Below, piece by piece: positions 35,404 to 45,994 of a DNA stretch of 64,000 nt. Source of the stretch: an uncultured Dehalococcoidales bacterium (GTDB taxonomy: Bacteria; Chloroflexota; Dehalococcoidia; Dehalococcoidales; UBA2162); NCBI GenBank assembly GCA_964453525.1, contig CAYVOV010000023.1, positions 262-64,261 on the forward strand, in the 5' to 3' direction. Under the pieces are notes generated by a model. The model was not told the DNA's origin and ran no database searches. It saw only the letters and a list, made by a program, of their open reading frames with translations. The translations under genes were made by a program, and so were the position numbers. Each line of letters begins with the position of its first letter. Positions within the stretch are counted from its first letter, which is position 1.

Positions 35404-37140
35404 CTATGTCCGGCGGAACTCCCGCTCCAGTTGAGAAGAGCTGAGCCGGATAATGGTCGGCCTGCCGTGAGGGCAGGTATTCGGGGTCTCTGTCTGCTCA
35501 AGCTGCCGCAGAAGCCCCCGCATCTCGTCATCAGCCAGCACCTGTCCGGCCCTGATGGCGCTGTGGCAGGAAATCGAAATCGAAAGCTTCTCCCGCCAGT
35601 CGCTATCCCTCTCCTCGAGGAGGGAATCGAGCAGTTCGCGGAGGGTTGATGTCCAGTCCCTGCCGCCAAGCACCGCCGGGACCGACCTGACAAGGTAGGT
35701 TCTATCACCGAAAGGCTCCAGGGAAAAGCCGAACTCGGACAGTTCCTGATATCTGGTTTTTAGAATCTCGTCCTGTCCGGGAGCAACCTCCAGTGTTGCC
35801 GGCTCGAGCAGTCCCTGGACCTTGACCTCCCGCCCCGAGCTCTGGCGCTGAATCATTTCAAAAACGATGCGTTCGTGAGCGGCATGCTGGTCGATAACGT
35901 AGAGTCCCTCAGGTCCCTCGGCAACGATGTAACTGCCGGCAAGCTGCCCGAGAAGTCGCAATGCGGGCAGAGAAACAACCGGCGTCGGTTGTGCCGCTGG
36001 CGGGGTGGCGAAGGGAGAAGGAGCATTGCCCGCCGGGGGAGAGGTCCACAGTGTCCGGCCTGGCTGGACCGACTGTTCCGGCTTACCGTAAGCGGCAGCC
36101 ACTTCCTCTATCCCGGGCACCGGCGCCAGTTCAATAAGGGCACGTCGTACTGCCTTCTGCACGGTGCTGAAAACGAGGCGCTCATTCCGGAATTTCACCT
36201 CGGTCTTGGTCGGATGAACGTTCACGTCCACCTCTCCGGGCGGCATCTCTATATTTATCACCGCCACTGGGTGCTTTCCCTGCATCAGCAGTCCGTGGTA
36301 GGCCTCTTCCACCGCCCAGTTGAGGAGTCGACTGTTTATCCAGCGGCGGTTGACAAAAAAGCTGAGGTAGTTGCGGTTGGAACGGCTGACAGCCGGAGAA
36401 CCGACCATACCGGTCACTGTGATAGATGAGGAAGCTGAGCCGCCCTGCCACTGGCCTTCCTCACCGCCGACCGGCAGCATCTTCCTGGCAACCTCCGGAC
36501 CGAAGACCTCGGCAATGCTATCGATAAGTAGCCCGCTGCCCGGCGTCCTCAGTACCGCCCGTCCGTCGACAGAAAGTGAGAACCTGACCTCCGGGTAGGC
36601 GAGGGCATACTGGCTGACGATGTCGGCAATGTGACTGTTTTCGGTAGCCGTCGACTTGAGGAATTTCAGCCTGGCCGGCACGTTGCGGAGCAGGTCGCGC
36701 ACTGTGATTGTCGTCCCCCGGGCACGCCCCTGGCTCCTTTTTCCTGCCCCGACACCCCCTTTCATCTTCAGGTAATTACCGGTCGTTTCGCCCCCGGCAC
36801 AACTGACAACCTCTATCTCCGACACGGCGGCGATGCTGGGCAGGGCTTCACCGCGAAAGCCGAGACTGCTGATGGATTCTAAATCATCAAGACCCGTTAT
36901 CTTGCTGGTGGCATATCTCTGAAAGGCGAGCTCTAGCTCCTCAGGATGAATTCCGGCTCCGTTATCAGTAACCCGGATGAGACTCACCCCTCCACCCCTC
37001 ACTTCGATAGATACCTGGCTGGCCCCGGCATCAAGCGAGTTCTCGACAAGCTCCTTGACCACCGATGCCGGCCTCTCCACAACCTCACCGGCAGCAATCC
37101 GGGATACTACTTCCTGGTCCAGAATTTTGATGGGCATCAA
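35404..37140 (-). CDS. mutL: DNA mismatch repair protein MutL
   Basis: IAAGEVVERPASVVKELVENSLDAGA, GFRGEAL, C-terminal dimerisation domain. Confidence 0.9.
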   Translation of the reverse strand: MMPIKILDQEVVSRIAAGEVVERPASVVKELVENSLDAGASQVSIEVRGGGVSLIRVTDNGAGIHPEELELAFQRYATSKITGLDDLESISSLGFRGEALPSIAAVSEIEVVSCAGGETTGNYLKMKGGVGAGKRSQGRARGTTITVRDLLRNVPARLKFLKSTATENSHIADIVSQYALAYPEVRFSLSVDGRAVLRTPGSGLLIDSIAEVFGPEVARKMLPVGGEEGQWQGGSASSSITVTGMVGSPAVSRSNRNYLSFFVNRRWINSRLLNWAVEEAYHGLLMQGKHPVAVINIEMPPGEVDVNVHPTKTEVKFRNERLVFSTVQKAVRRALIELAPVPGIEEVAAAYGKPEQSVQPGRTLWTSPPAGNAPSPFATPPAAQPTPVVSLPALRLLGQLAGSYIVAEGPEGLYVIDQHAAHERIVFEMIQRQSSGREVKVQGLLEPATLEVAPGQDEILKTRYQELSEFGFSLEPFGDRTYLVRSVPAVLGGRDWTSTLRELLDSLLEERDSDWREKLSISISCHSAIRAGQVLADDEMRGLLRQLEQTETPNTCPHGRPTIIRLSSSQLEREFRRT

Positions 37141-37198
37141 CTCTCTCAGTGAATAAGATACACGTTTCCGTGTAGGTTGTCAATAGGTTTTTTGAAAA

Positions 37199-39379
37199 TT
37201 ATTCGGCTTTTTCCAGGTTGGCGAAGCTGAGAAGGAGTTTTCTAACGCTGCCGTTGAATGCCACCACCACCTCGGCATCGTCTTTGACCGGCTGGTAGCT
37301 GACAACTATCCCGTTGCCGAACTCGGCGTGGCGAACGTGGTCGCCGGCTTTCAACTCCAGAGTGGGAAGACTGGTAACAGAAGGTTTATTCCAGGAATAG
37401 ACGGAAGGTGTTATCCGGCTGTCTCCACCATCCCGCCACTCGTTGCCCGAAATCAGGTGCGGCGGGATGTCGCCAAGGAAACGTGACGGCTCGCTGACCA
37501 TGCTGCGTCCCATCAGGTTGCGGCGAAAAGCACGGACAAGATAGACCTTCTTCTTTGCCCGGGTAATGCCGACATAGCAGAGTCGCCTCTCCTCTTCCAT
37601 CTGGTCGGGGTCGTCAAACGACCTGAAATGGGGTAGGATGCCGTCCTCCATACCGACGATGATGACAACAGGGAACTCAAGCCCCTTTGCCTGGTGCAGG
37701 GTAATCAGGGTTACCGCCGAGGCACTCTCATCAAGTCCGTCAACATCGGAGACAAGGGTTACTGCTTCGAGAAAAGCGGTCAAACTCTCGGACGGTGTTA
37801 AATTGACATAATCCTGAGCCACCGAACGAAGCTCAAGCACATTTTCCCAGCGCTCCTCGCCGTCGGCCATTCCTCCCAGATACTGTTTGTAGCCCGAACG
37901 CTCGACAACGAGGTCGAAGAGGTCGACCAGGTTCAACTCGCGACTTCGGGTGATTAACTCCTCCATGAGGGTCAGGAAAGTACTCAACACCCGCCGGATA
38001 TGGGGACTGAAAAAAGGCTGGGATGCCTGCTCTTCAGAACTATCTCCGGTCATAAGCTTCAAAGCCTCATATTGAGTAACTCCGTTTGATTTAGCCCAGT
38101 CGGACAGCCTGAGTTGAGTCTGCTGCCCGATGCCGCGTTGAGGAACATTGATTATCCTCATCAGGCTGATGCTGTCATTCGGATTCTGGATAAACCGGAG
38201 ATAGGCGATTATATCCTTCACTTCACGTCGCTCATAGAACCGGGTGCCGGCGACAAGCCGGTATGGCGTCCCGTAGCGGATAAAGCTTTCCTCAAGAGCC
38301 CTCGACTGGGCATTGGTGCGGTACATTACTGCGCAATCTCTCAGGCTGAATTCTCCACTCTCGACGAGACGCTCCACCTCACTGACGACAAACTGGGCTT
38401 CTTCCTGCTCGGTATAGGTCTCGGTAACCGTTATCGGCTCGCCTTCCGCATTCTGCGTCCACAGGTTGTTCGGCTTGCGCTGTTGATTTGCCGAGATTAT
38501 GCTGGAGGCCGTCTCCAGGATTTTTTTCGTCGAGCGGTAGTTCTCGTCAAGCATTACAATCCTGGCTTCGGGATAATCTTTCTCAAAACTAAGGATGTTC
38601 CGCAGGTCGGCAAAACGCCAGGAGTAAATCGACTGGTCGGGGTCGCCGACAACGCAGATGTTGCGGTACTTGCCTCCAAGCTGCCTGACAAGCTTGTACT
38701 GGACCAGATTGGTATCCTGGAATTCGTCGACAAGCAGGTGGACGTATCTCGACTGATAGCGGGACAGAGTCTCGGGACTCTTCTCGAAAAGCTGCACTGT
38801 CTTCATCAGCAGGTCGTCGAAGTCGAGGGCACTGCTTTCGTCGAGTAACTGCTGGTAGCGCTCGTAAACCCGGCTTACAACCTCCTCGAAATAGCTGTGG
38901 CCATGCTGTGTATATTCGGCCGGGGTATGCAGACGACTCTTCGCCGCCGAGATTGCCGAGATTATTGCTGCCGGAGCATACTGCTTGGGGTCGAGATTTA
39001 TCTCCTGAAGACCGCGTTTTACCAAGCTTATCTGGTCGTCCCGGTCATAGATTACGAACTGAGAATCAATGCCCAGGATACCCCCGTCACGGCGCAAAAT
39101 ACGGGCGCAGATGGCGTGAAAGGTGCCGACGGTTAAATCCTGAGCGCTGCTGCTGACAAGTTGCTGGAGTCGCTCCTTCATCTCCCTGGCGGCCTTGTTG
39201 GTGAAGGTGACCGCCATGATATTGTGAGGACTGACTCCGCAGACTTTAATCAGGTAGGCTACCCGGTGGGTGATAACCCTTGTTTTGCCACTGCCCGGAC
39301 CGGCCAGAATAAGCACTGGTCCGTCAATTGCCTCTGCTGCCTCTCTTTGTCCCGGATTAAGCTCAGACAGAATGTCCAT
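37199..39379 (-). CDS. pcrA: ATP-dependent DNA helicase PcrA/UvrD
   Basis: LNPGQREA, AGPGSGKT, VDEFQDTN, YRS, VTLITLHQAKGLEF, ERRLCYVGITRAK. Confidence 0.9.
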   Translation of the reverse strand: MDILSELNPGQREAAEAIDGPVLILAGPGSGKTRVITHRVAYLIKVCGVSPHNIMAVTFTNKAAREMKERLQQLVSSSAQDLTVGTFHAICARILRRDGGILGIDSQFVIYDRDDQISLVKRGLQEINLDPKQYAPAAIISAISAAKSRLHTPAEYTQHGHSYFEEVVSRVYERYQQLLDESSALDFDDLLMKTVQLFEKSPETLSRYQSRYVHLLVDEFQDTNLVQYKLVRQLGGKYRNICVVGDPDQSIYSWRFADLRNILSFEKDYPEARIVMLDENYRSTKKILETASSIISANQQRKPNNLWTQNAEGEPITVTETYTEQEEAQFVVSEVERLVESGEFSLRDCAVMYRTNAQSRALEESFIRYGTPYRLVAGTRFYERREVKDIIAYLRFIQNPNDSISLMRIINVPQRGIGQQTQLRLSDWAKSNGVTQYEALKLMTGDSSEEQASQPFFSPHIRRVLSTFLTLMEELITRSRELNLVDLFDLVVERSGYKQYLGGMADGEERWENVLELRSVAQDYVNLTPSESLTAFLEAVTLVSDVDGLDESASAVTLITLHQAKGLEFPVVIIVGMEDGILPHFRSFDDPDQMEEERRLCYVGITRAKKKVYLVRAFRRNLMGRSMVSEPSRFLGDIPPHLISGNEWRDGGDSRITPSVYSWNKPSVTSLPTLELKAGDHVRHAEFGNGIVVSYQPVKDDAEVVVAFNGSVRKLLLSFANLEKAE

Positions 39380-39441
39380 CTGTATCCATTATACCACCCG
39401 CAGCCGACCGGTTGAAAGTCGACATCAGGAGGCTTTCATTA

Positions 39442-39490
39442 TTGACAAGAGGGCAAACATTTAATAAAATATATGTAGATATGCGCATAT
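39442..39490 (+). promoter_or_regulatory. ars promoter with candidate ArsR operator
   Basis: TTGACA (39442-39447), 17 nt, TAAAAT (39465-39470), then the perfect 12-bp palindrome ATATGCGCATAT (39479-39490). Confidence 0.45.
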
Positions 39491-39513
39491 ACAGATAGGT
39501 TAATTCAGAGACA

Positions 39514-39870
39514 ATGCAGGAACTGATTAAGTTAATGAAAGCCCTTTCCGATGAGACCAGACTCAGAATTATGAATATTCTGCTGGAGAAGGAGTGCTGT
39601 GTCTGCGAAGTGATGCAGGCCCTAGATATTTCGCAATCTAGGGCTTCCCGTAACCTGGGTATTATCCAGGAGGCCGGTTTCCTCAAATCAAGACGTGATG
39701 GAACCTGGATACTTTACTCGGTTGACTGGGATACAGCGAATCGTCATGCTGTATTACTTGCCAGGCTGCTCAAAGATATTCCGGTCAGCAGTGAGACGCT
39801 TGTTAAGGATAAAGAGAGACTAAAAACTGCCGTGAGAGTCGGTCCGGGTTGCTCTAAAAGAAAGGGATAA
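39514..39870 (+). CDS. arsR: ArsR/SmtB-family metalloregulator
   Basis: LSDETRLRIMNILLEKECCVCEV (metal-site Cys in helix 3), wHTH. Confidence 0.8.
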   Translation: MQELIKLMKALSDETRLRIMNILLEKECCVCEVMQALDISQSRASRNLGIIQEAGFLKSRRDGTWILYSVDWDTANRHAVLLARLLKDIPVSSETLVKDKERLKTAVRVGPGCSKRKG

Positions 39871-39915
39871 TGGACATTTATAAATATCTCGTGTTGAAAG
39901 ATAAGGTGGACTGAT

Positions 39916-40959
39916 TTGCAGGAAGAACGAAGGCTTGGCATATGGGAAAAGTACCTTACGGTCTGGGTAGCGCTGTGCATCGCTGCCGGAACGCTGCTCG
40001 GCAGAATCTTCCCGCAGATTTCGGACGCCCTCGCCAGGCTGGAGGTTGCCAGTGTATCCATTCCTATCGCCGTCTGCCTATTTGCCATGATATACCCGAT
40101 AATGGTCCAGATAAGCTTTGAGGAAATCAAGCGAGCCGCTCTCAGCCCGAAACCGATTGCCCTGACCCTTATTGCCAACTGGGCGATTAAACCGTTCACC
40201 ATGGCGCTGCTTGCCTGGTTTTTCCTCAGCCTTGTCTTCGGCAATCTCCTGGAGCCTGAGCAGGTCCAGGAGTACCGCGCCGGACTGATACTCCTCGGCA
40301 TTGCTCCCTGTACTGCCATGGTCCTTGTCTGGAGTTACCTGGCGCGGGGCAATATGGGGCACACCCTGGTAATGACGGCGATAAACTCGCTGACAATGGT
40401 GGTGCTGTACGCTCCGCTGGCAGTACTTCTGCTCGGCATTTCAGGTATTCAGGTACCCTGGCAGACAATAGCCCTGTCCGTGGCGATATACATCTGCACG
40501 CCGCTCGTAGCTGGTTACTTCACCCGGAGACAGGTTATAAGGAGAAAGGGCAGGGAGTGGTTTAATACCAGACTGGTCCCGGTGCTCGGCAGAGTATCAA
40601 TCATTGCCCTGCTTGTAACGCTGGTGGTGCTCTTTACCTACCAGGGTTACCTGATTATCGAACTGCCGGCAATTATAGGCATAATTGCTCTGGGGATACT
40701 GGTTAATATACTTGTCGTCTTCGGTATTACCTTCTTTGCCGGCAGATTCATGAAGTTGACTTATGAAGACGCCGCCCCGGCAGCGATAATCGCCGGCAGC
40801 AACCACTTCGAGGTGGCAATAGCGGTTGCCACCACCCTCTTCGGCGTAACCTCCGGAGCCGCCCTGGCAACGGTGGTCGGTGTTCTTACCGAGGTGCCCT
40901 TCATGCTACTGCTGGTGCAACTCTGCAAGGCAACAAAAGGTAGTTTCCGCAATCAATAA
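39916..40959 (+). CDS. acr3: Arsenite efflux permease, ACR3 family
   Basis: LGIWEKYLTVWVALCI, GIAPCTAMV (conserved Cys), about 10 TM helices. Confidence 0.8.
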   Translation: MQEERRLGIWEKYLTVWVALCIAAGTLLGRIFPQISDALARLEVASVSIPIAVCLFAMIYPIMVQISFEEIKRAALSPKPIALTLIANWAIKPFTMALLAWFFLSLVFGNLLEPEQVQEYRAGLILLGIAPCTAMVLVWSYLARGNMGHTLVMTAINSLTMVVLYAPLAVLLLGISGIQVPWQTIALSVAIYICTPLVAGYFTRRQVIRRKGREWFNTRLVPVLGRVSIIALLVTLVVLFTYQGYLIIELPAIIGIIALGILVNILVVFGITFFAGRFMKLTYEDAAPAAIIAGSNHFEVAIAVATTLFGVTSGAALATVVGVLTEVPFMLLLVQLCKATKGSFRNQ

Positions 40960-41243
40960 ACACAACCTTTAGCCTAGGGAAGCAGGTAATCTGGATGACT
41001 TATCCTTTCTTGTGATTCCGGTAAAAGTTAATCAGCGTCTGAAGTGACGAGGCAATGTTCTTGACCTTTGATAGTCCAAGATTCAATCAAAACTCTGTAG
41101 TTATCAAGGCAGCAGCTTTCTAAGTAATCGATAGCCAGTAATACCTGTTTCATAGATTATCACTCCATCCGGGAATTGGGTCGCATCATAATTTACTAAA
41201 TTAATATAAATATACTGGGCTAGCTGACCATAACCGCGAACCA

Positions 41244-42158
41244 TTATTCATTATAGGTATACAGCGGCCGGTCGTCGGTTATGAGTATGGTCTGGCATGA
41301 GAGTCCGTTCTGGATATGTTTGGGTATGGAGAACATTGCCTGGTGGGTCTGCCCGTCATAGCATTTCAGGTCCAGAGCCCTGGTTGAAATTCTGCTATCG
41401 ATTTCGTCGGGCGACTTAGCCGGGTGCTGATTCACCGAGGCAAAGCAGAATCCCCAGGGTCCACCGAAGGACGGAATATCTATATGATAGGGATAGACAA
41501 CAGGGAAAACACTCTTCAACGTATTGTAAACAGCGGAAAAGCAAAGCAGCTCATTCAGGCTCGCCGCCCCCGCCTGGACGCTGATAATCCCGTTGGCAGT
41601 CAGCCGTTCCCGGACAAGCTGATAAAACTCGCGGGTATAGAGCAGATAAGCCGGTCCTTCTTCAATCGGCTCGGTTAAATCAATAATAACTATGTCAAAG
41701 GCTTCCCCACACCTGACCAGGTAATCTCTGGCATCGGTATGGTGAAGCTCGGTTCTTTCATCTTCAAAAGCGCCACGGCTGTAATCGGGGAAATATTTCT
41801 TGCAGGCAGCAATCACTTCTTTGTCAATATCAATCATTACCGCCTTTTTAACGGTATTATGAGATAGTATCTCCCTTAAGGTAGCTCCTTCACCGCCGCC
41901 GGCAATAAATACCGTCTCCGGGCAGGAATGAGTAACCATTGCTGGCTGGACGAGTGCTTCGTGATAGATGAACTCATCAAAATCACTCGATTGTATTTTA
42001 CCGTCCAGCACCAGGCATTTTCCGTAACTGCCGGTACGAATAATTTCGATAGACTGGAACTGTGTCTGCCCGCTATAGAGCACTTCTTTAATGCGGTGCA
42101 ACTGTACCAGATTTTCGCTTATTCTATCGTGAAACCATTTATCGGGGTCTTCTTCCAT
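41244..42158 (-). CDS. speE: Spermidine synthase
   Basis: QSIEI...GKCLVLDG, IAGGGEGATLREIL, DIVIIDLTEP. Confidence 0.85.
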   Translation of the reverse strand: MEEDPDKWFHDRISENLVQLHRIKEVLYSGQTQFQSIEIIRTGSYGKCLVLDGKIQSSDFDEFIYHEALVQPAMVTHSCPETVFIAGGGEGATLREILSHNTVKKAVMIDIDKEVIAACKKYFPDYSRGAFEDERTELHHTDARDYLVRCGEAFDIVIIDLTEPIEEGPAYLLYTREFYQLVRERLTANGIISVQAGAASLNELLCFSAVYNTLKSVFPVVYPYHIDIPSFGGPWGFCFASVNQHPAKSPDEIDSRISTRALDLKCYDGQTHQAMFSIPKHIQNGLSCQTILITDDRPLYTYNE

Positions 42159-42178
42159 AATCTAAATCCGGAACCGTT

Positions 42179-42535
42179 TTAGTCGGCCTCCAGAATGCCT
42201 CTCTGTATCTCCAGAATAGAGTGGTTTTTAGCTCCCAGCTTTTCTACAAGTATCCGTGCCGCTTTCCCGGGTCTCACGGATTCTCCACAGGTGAAAATAT
42301 CGATGGCAGCATAGCCGCACTCCGGCCAGGTATGAATAAATAGATGAGATTCGGCGATTATTACCACTCCACTCACCCCCTGGGGCTCAAACTGGTGAAA
42401 GGATTTACCCAGTACCGTGGCTCCGGCTTCGCTTGCCGCCTCTGGTAGGATACTTTGAAGAAAACTCAGATCATTCAACACCTCCCTATCGCAGTCCTTC
42501 AGCTCCAGTAATAAATGTTTTCCTAATGCATTCAA
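42179..42535 (-). CDS. speD: Pyruvoyl-dependent S-adenosylmethionine decarboxylase proenzyme (small bacterial type)
   Basis: GKHLLLELKDC, AESHLFIHTWPE (ES cleavage site), DIFTCG. Confidence 0.85.
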   Translation of the reverse strand: MNALGKHLLLELKDCDREVLNDLSFLQSILPEAASEAGATVLGKSFHQFEPQGVSGVVIIAESHLFIHTWPECGYAAIDIFTCGESVRPGKAARILVEKLGAKNHSILEIQRGILEAD

Positions 42536-43015
42536 TTACCTACCCTCCTTAGAAGATTTCAGAAATCATGGTCTCTAAGTAGAACCAGGACACAAGCGAG
42601 ATTTTATAATAAATCACTTACTTAATCAACACTTTATATTCATTAATATTTATTTTGACCCCGTCCCCCTCAATCCCCATTCCCCTTAGTAAAGGTCAGT
42701 GGGAAGTGATGGAAAGAGGGTGGACGGCGCCGAGGCGCCGCCCACCCTCTTATACTTTCAGCGTAGATATTTATAATAATTTTGCCTTTTTCAATCCACA
42801 TTAGAGCGTATATACCCTGCAGGGTGAACCCTTATGGAAAATTAACAGGCGCGAAGCCCCTCTTTAAACCCCCTGAATGTCTTTCGTTAAGGTTCCTTTT
42901 TTACTTTACCTTTGGTAAAGTCCCGATTCACTCCGTTCATACGGGATTCCGTATGAAGTCGGAAGGAGAATGGGAGGGATGTATTAATAAAATCCCCTTT
43001 TATCCCCCTTTGAGT

Positions 43016-43174
43016 CTTGCCCTGAAAGTCGTGTGTCCCTGTCACCCCGAGCACATTCGCTCCGCTCAGTGTAAACTCCGCGAAGGGTCTCAGGGAGGAG
43101 GGGATTACCTTGACTCCCCACCCTGAGATTCTTCGTCCGCCAGAGGCGGACTCCAGAATGACTTTTGAGGCAAG
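43016..43174 (-). repeat. Family A MITE-like repeat, copy 2 (inverted)
   Basis: The reverse complement aligns end to end with copies 1, 3 and 4. Confidence 0.85.
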
Positions 43175-43314
43175 GCCCCCCTTTTACAAAGGGGGAGGTT
43201 GGTACCAGATGGGAGGCTTCACCCCTCTTAAACACTCCACTGTGTAAATTTAAAAAGACGGAAGTGGCTGTAATTTTCCACTTCCGTCTTAACGAATTAT
43301 TACGGTTCCGGTGA

Positions 43315-44325
43315 TTATCCGGCCAGGCCCAGACCTTTGTAAACCGCCTGAATGTCGAGGTTTTTCTCGATTACCTCGGCAAGTCTCTCAGCTTTATTCA
43401 GTTGACTTAGCTTGCTGCCTCCTAGGATGCCTTCTATATTCTCAACAACGGTAGCAGCATCATCTTTTGTCAATATAATAGGCATGTCCTTCTCCTCCGC
43501 CCGGTCAAGAACGACCGACTTCAACGGAGTTTCGCCGGTAATAACGAGACACTTTGTCGATGTCTCCATGGCAGCCATCTGCATATCCGGTCGGTCACTC
43601 CTCAGCACCACCATTTTATTGTTCTTGCGCCCGAAATACTCCGGACCGTGGTCGACAGCCAGCGCTCCCATCATGATATTTTCGACAAGTTCTGCCGATT
43701 GCTCAGCGCCCCGCAGTATCTCACCCTGAATATGACCGGCAATTTCACCAATTGTCAGGGCGAAGAGCACCCTGTCTTCAGGTAACACCCCGATGGTACT
43801 TGCTCCTGCCTCGCTGCGTGCCTGTTCTATCCTTATTTTCGGTACTCTGTTTATGACCACTCCCAGCAGCGAATCTCCCGCTGCTTTGTAACTTTCTGCC
43901 TTCTCCCCCGGCACTCCGGAGTAGGTCTCTACAATAAGTGTTCTGGCATCCAGTGCCCTGGCAATATCGCCGCTGACCTGATATTGCTCCGAATCACCCT
44001 CTATTATTATCACGTCTTTACCCCGGGATACTTTGTTAAAAGCTTCTTTGACACTGCCGGCAAGATTGCCTTTGCTGCTAACCACCGGAGAGAGTAGGTT
44101 TACAGCCTCATTCAGAGAAAGAATGTTTTTCATGAATTCGGCATCACTGTCAGCACCGGCTGGTTTTCTGCCGTCGCTGATAACCGGTTTGAAGTAGCCT
44201 ACCTTTTTGCCGGCATTTTGCAGTGATTTACCTATACCGGCACAAACCGCAGTCTTACCGCTCCCTTTCTCCGGGGAAGTTACCAATAAAGCAGCCAAAA
44301 TACACCTCCGTTTCAGAGCAATCAA
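43315..44325 (-). CDS. DRTGG-domain protein with an N-terminal P-loop (Pta N-terminal-like) domain
   Basis: SGKTAVCAGIG P-loop-like; VVLRSDRPDMQMAA / LVITGE resembles a DRTGG region. Confidence 0.55.
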   Translation of the reverse strand: MIALKRRCILAALLVTSPEKGSGKTAVCAGIGKSLQNAGKKVGYFKPVISDGRKPAGADSDAEFMKNILSLNEAVNLLSPVVSSKGNLAGSVKEAFNKVSRGKDVIIIEGDSEQYQVSGDIARALDARTLIVETYSGVPGEKAESYKAAGDSLLGVVINRVPKIRIEQARSEAGASTIGVLPEDRVLFALTIGEIAGHIQGEILRGAEQSAELVENIMMGALAVDHGPEYFGRKNNKMVVLRSDRPDMQMAAMETSTKCLVITGETPLKSVVLDRAEEKDMPIILTKDDAATVVENIEGILGGSKLSQLNKAERLAEVIEKNLDIQAVYKGLGLAG

Positions 44326-44667
44326 GCACGCCAGACTATTATAACTCTACTGATGTTTTTGGTAAAGGGGTAATGAGGCAAGTTCTGTTTGCATCTGGTT
44401 GGCATTTATTTACCTCACCCCTTCCCCTCTCCAGCCAGAACCATTTTAAATGAAAGCAAAATCCCCTGGCTGGAGAGGGATGTAAAAGAGAGAGGGGGCG
44501 GAGCCCCCTCCCATAAAACTCTCGCCCTTTCACACAGGCACATAATTGCACGGGAAATCAGATAACTGTATGAAAGAGGAATAAAGGCCTGCCCGACATA
44601 CAAGACTTTTGTAGGCTGGGGGTGAGTGCTTAATTCAACCAGAATAGAACCATGAGGCAACTGTTTA

Positions 44668-44871
44668 TTAGCCTCCTTGATGGGAACCTATTGATTTAAT
44701 CCGGCGCTCGAAAGTGGTGCGGTCAAGGAGTACCCGGCGCTGGCATTTAAGACACTTGAGACCTATATCGGCGCCAAGCCTGATAACCTGCCACTCATAA
44801 CCGCCGCAGGGGTGCTTCTTCTTGAGGCGGACCACATCACCGAGTTTAATATCCAGGACCATTCTTTCCAC
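44668..44871 (-). CDS. DUF951-family small protein
   Basis: [37 protein letters not shown]. Confidence 0.6.
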   Translation of the reverse strand: MERMVLDIKLGDVVRLKKKHPCGGYEWQVIRLGADIGLKCLKCQRRVLLDRTTFERRIKSIGSHQGG

Positions 44872-44873
44872 AT

Positions 44874-45686
44874 TTACCGGTCAGCCAGATGCCGGTTAAT
44901 CTCATCCCGCAGCTTCAGGGCAGCCTGCCGTGCCGCTTCGGCGAAGTCTTTTTCCTTTGAGGCGAATATTATCTGCCGTGAGGAATTAATTACCGCTTTC
45001 TCCCCGTGAGCATCAACGCCGTAGCGGACGGTCTGAGCCAGGTCTCCTCCCTGGGCACCGATGCCCGGTATCAGGAAAGGCATATCGGGTTGAAGCTGCC
45101 TGACTCGCTTCATTTCTTCAGGGTAGGTGGCGCCGACAACCAGTCCGATATTGCCGTGAGTATTCCACTCACCCGCCTTCCGGGCAACGATTTCATAGAG
45201 AGGTCTGCTGTCACTTTCGTCGCTACAGATGAGCGATTGAAAATCAACGGCGCTGGCATTCGAAGTGCGGCACAGGATGAATATCGCCTTATCCTGATAT
45301 TCGATAAAAGGCTCCACTGAATCAAAACCCAGGTAAGGGCTGACGGTGGTGGCATCAAAGTTAAAATGAACAAAAAGAGCCTGAGCGTATGCCTTTGCCG
45401 TACTACCGATATCTCCCCGCTTGGCATCGGCTATTACCGGGATATCTGAGGGTATATAGTTCACTGTTTGTTTCAGGGCATTGAATCCGGCAGCTCCCCA
45501 GGCTTCGTAGAAAGCTACATTGGGTTTATAGGCACATACCAGGTCAGAGGTGGCGTTAATAATTGCTTTGTTAAACTCAAGAACACTTAACCCACCGGGT
45601 ATCTGCGCCGGGTCGGAATCGAGTCCGACGCAGAGAAGGCTCCTGTTTTCCCGGGAGGCATTAACCAGCTTTTCAACAAATTTCAT
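44874..45686 (-). CDS. pyrF: Orotidine-5'-phosphate decarboxylase (type 2)
   Basis: ATG at 45686 (MKFVEKL...); [28 protein letters not shown]. Confidence 0.85.
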   Translation of the reverse strand: MKFVEKLVNASRENRSLLCVGLDSDPAQIPGGLSVLEFNKAIINATSDLVCAYKPNVAFYEAWGAAGFNALKQTVNYIPSDIPVIADAKRGDIGSTAKAYAQALFVHFNFDATTVSPYLGFDSVEPFIEYQDKAIFILCRTSNASAVDFQSLICSDESDSRPLYEIVARKAGEWNTHGNIGLVVGATYPEEMKRVRQLQPDMPFLIPGIGAQGGDLAQTVRYGVDAHGEKAVINSSRQIIFASKEKDFAEAARQAALKLRDEINRHLADR

Positions 45687-45994
45687 CTTCACTACTGACA
45701 CGGGTACGGCAGGTTGATGATAGCAGTCGCCGGAGCAGGCGTCAAGTATCACCGTCGGGCAGTCTCTCTATTGCCCCTGGATTTTGTCCCCGGAATTCTC
45801 AGGCAATATATTGTAAAAATAATATGAAACTGCTATGATATCTCAACATAATATCACAGAAGCGTGTTCAGGTTGAAGAACTGCGCTTTTTTATAATCAG
45901 AAACTTACCGGTAGTCACTCAACCTACAGCATGCGGGTAGTTTCATACGCTGAACCAGTTAAGAGCACGGAGAGACTCAGAGTGGAGTGAGTAC

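Noticed and set aside
35875-36429. 184-aa plus-strand ORF, and others inside mutL/pcrA (for example 38114-38848)
   Set aside because: They are antisense to mutL and pcrA, which have complete helicase and GHKL motifs. They have no motifs of their own.
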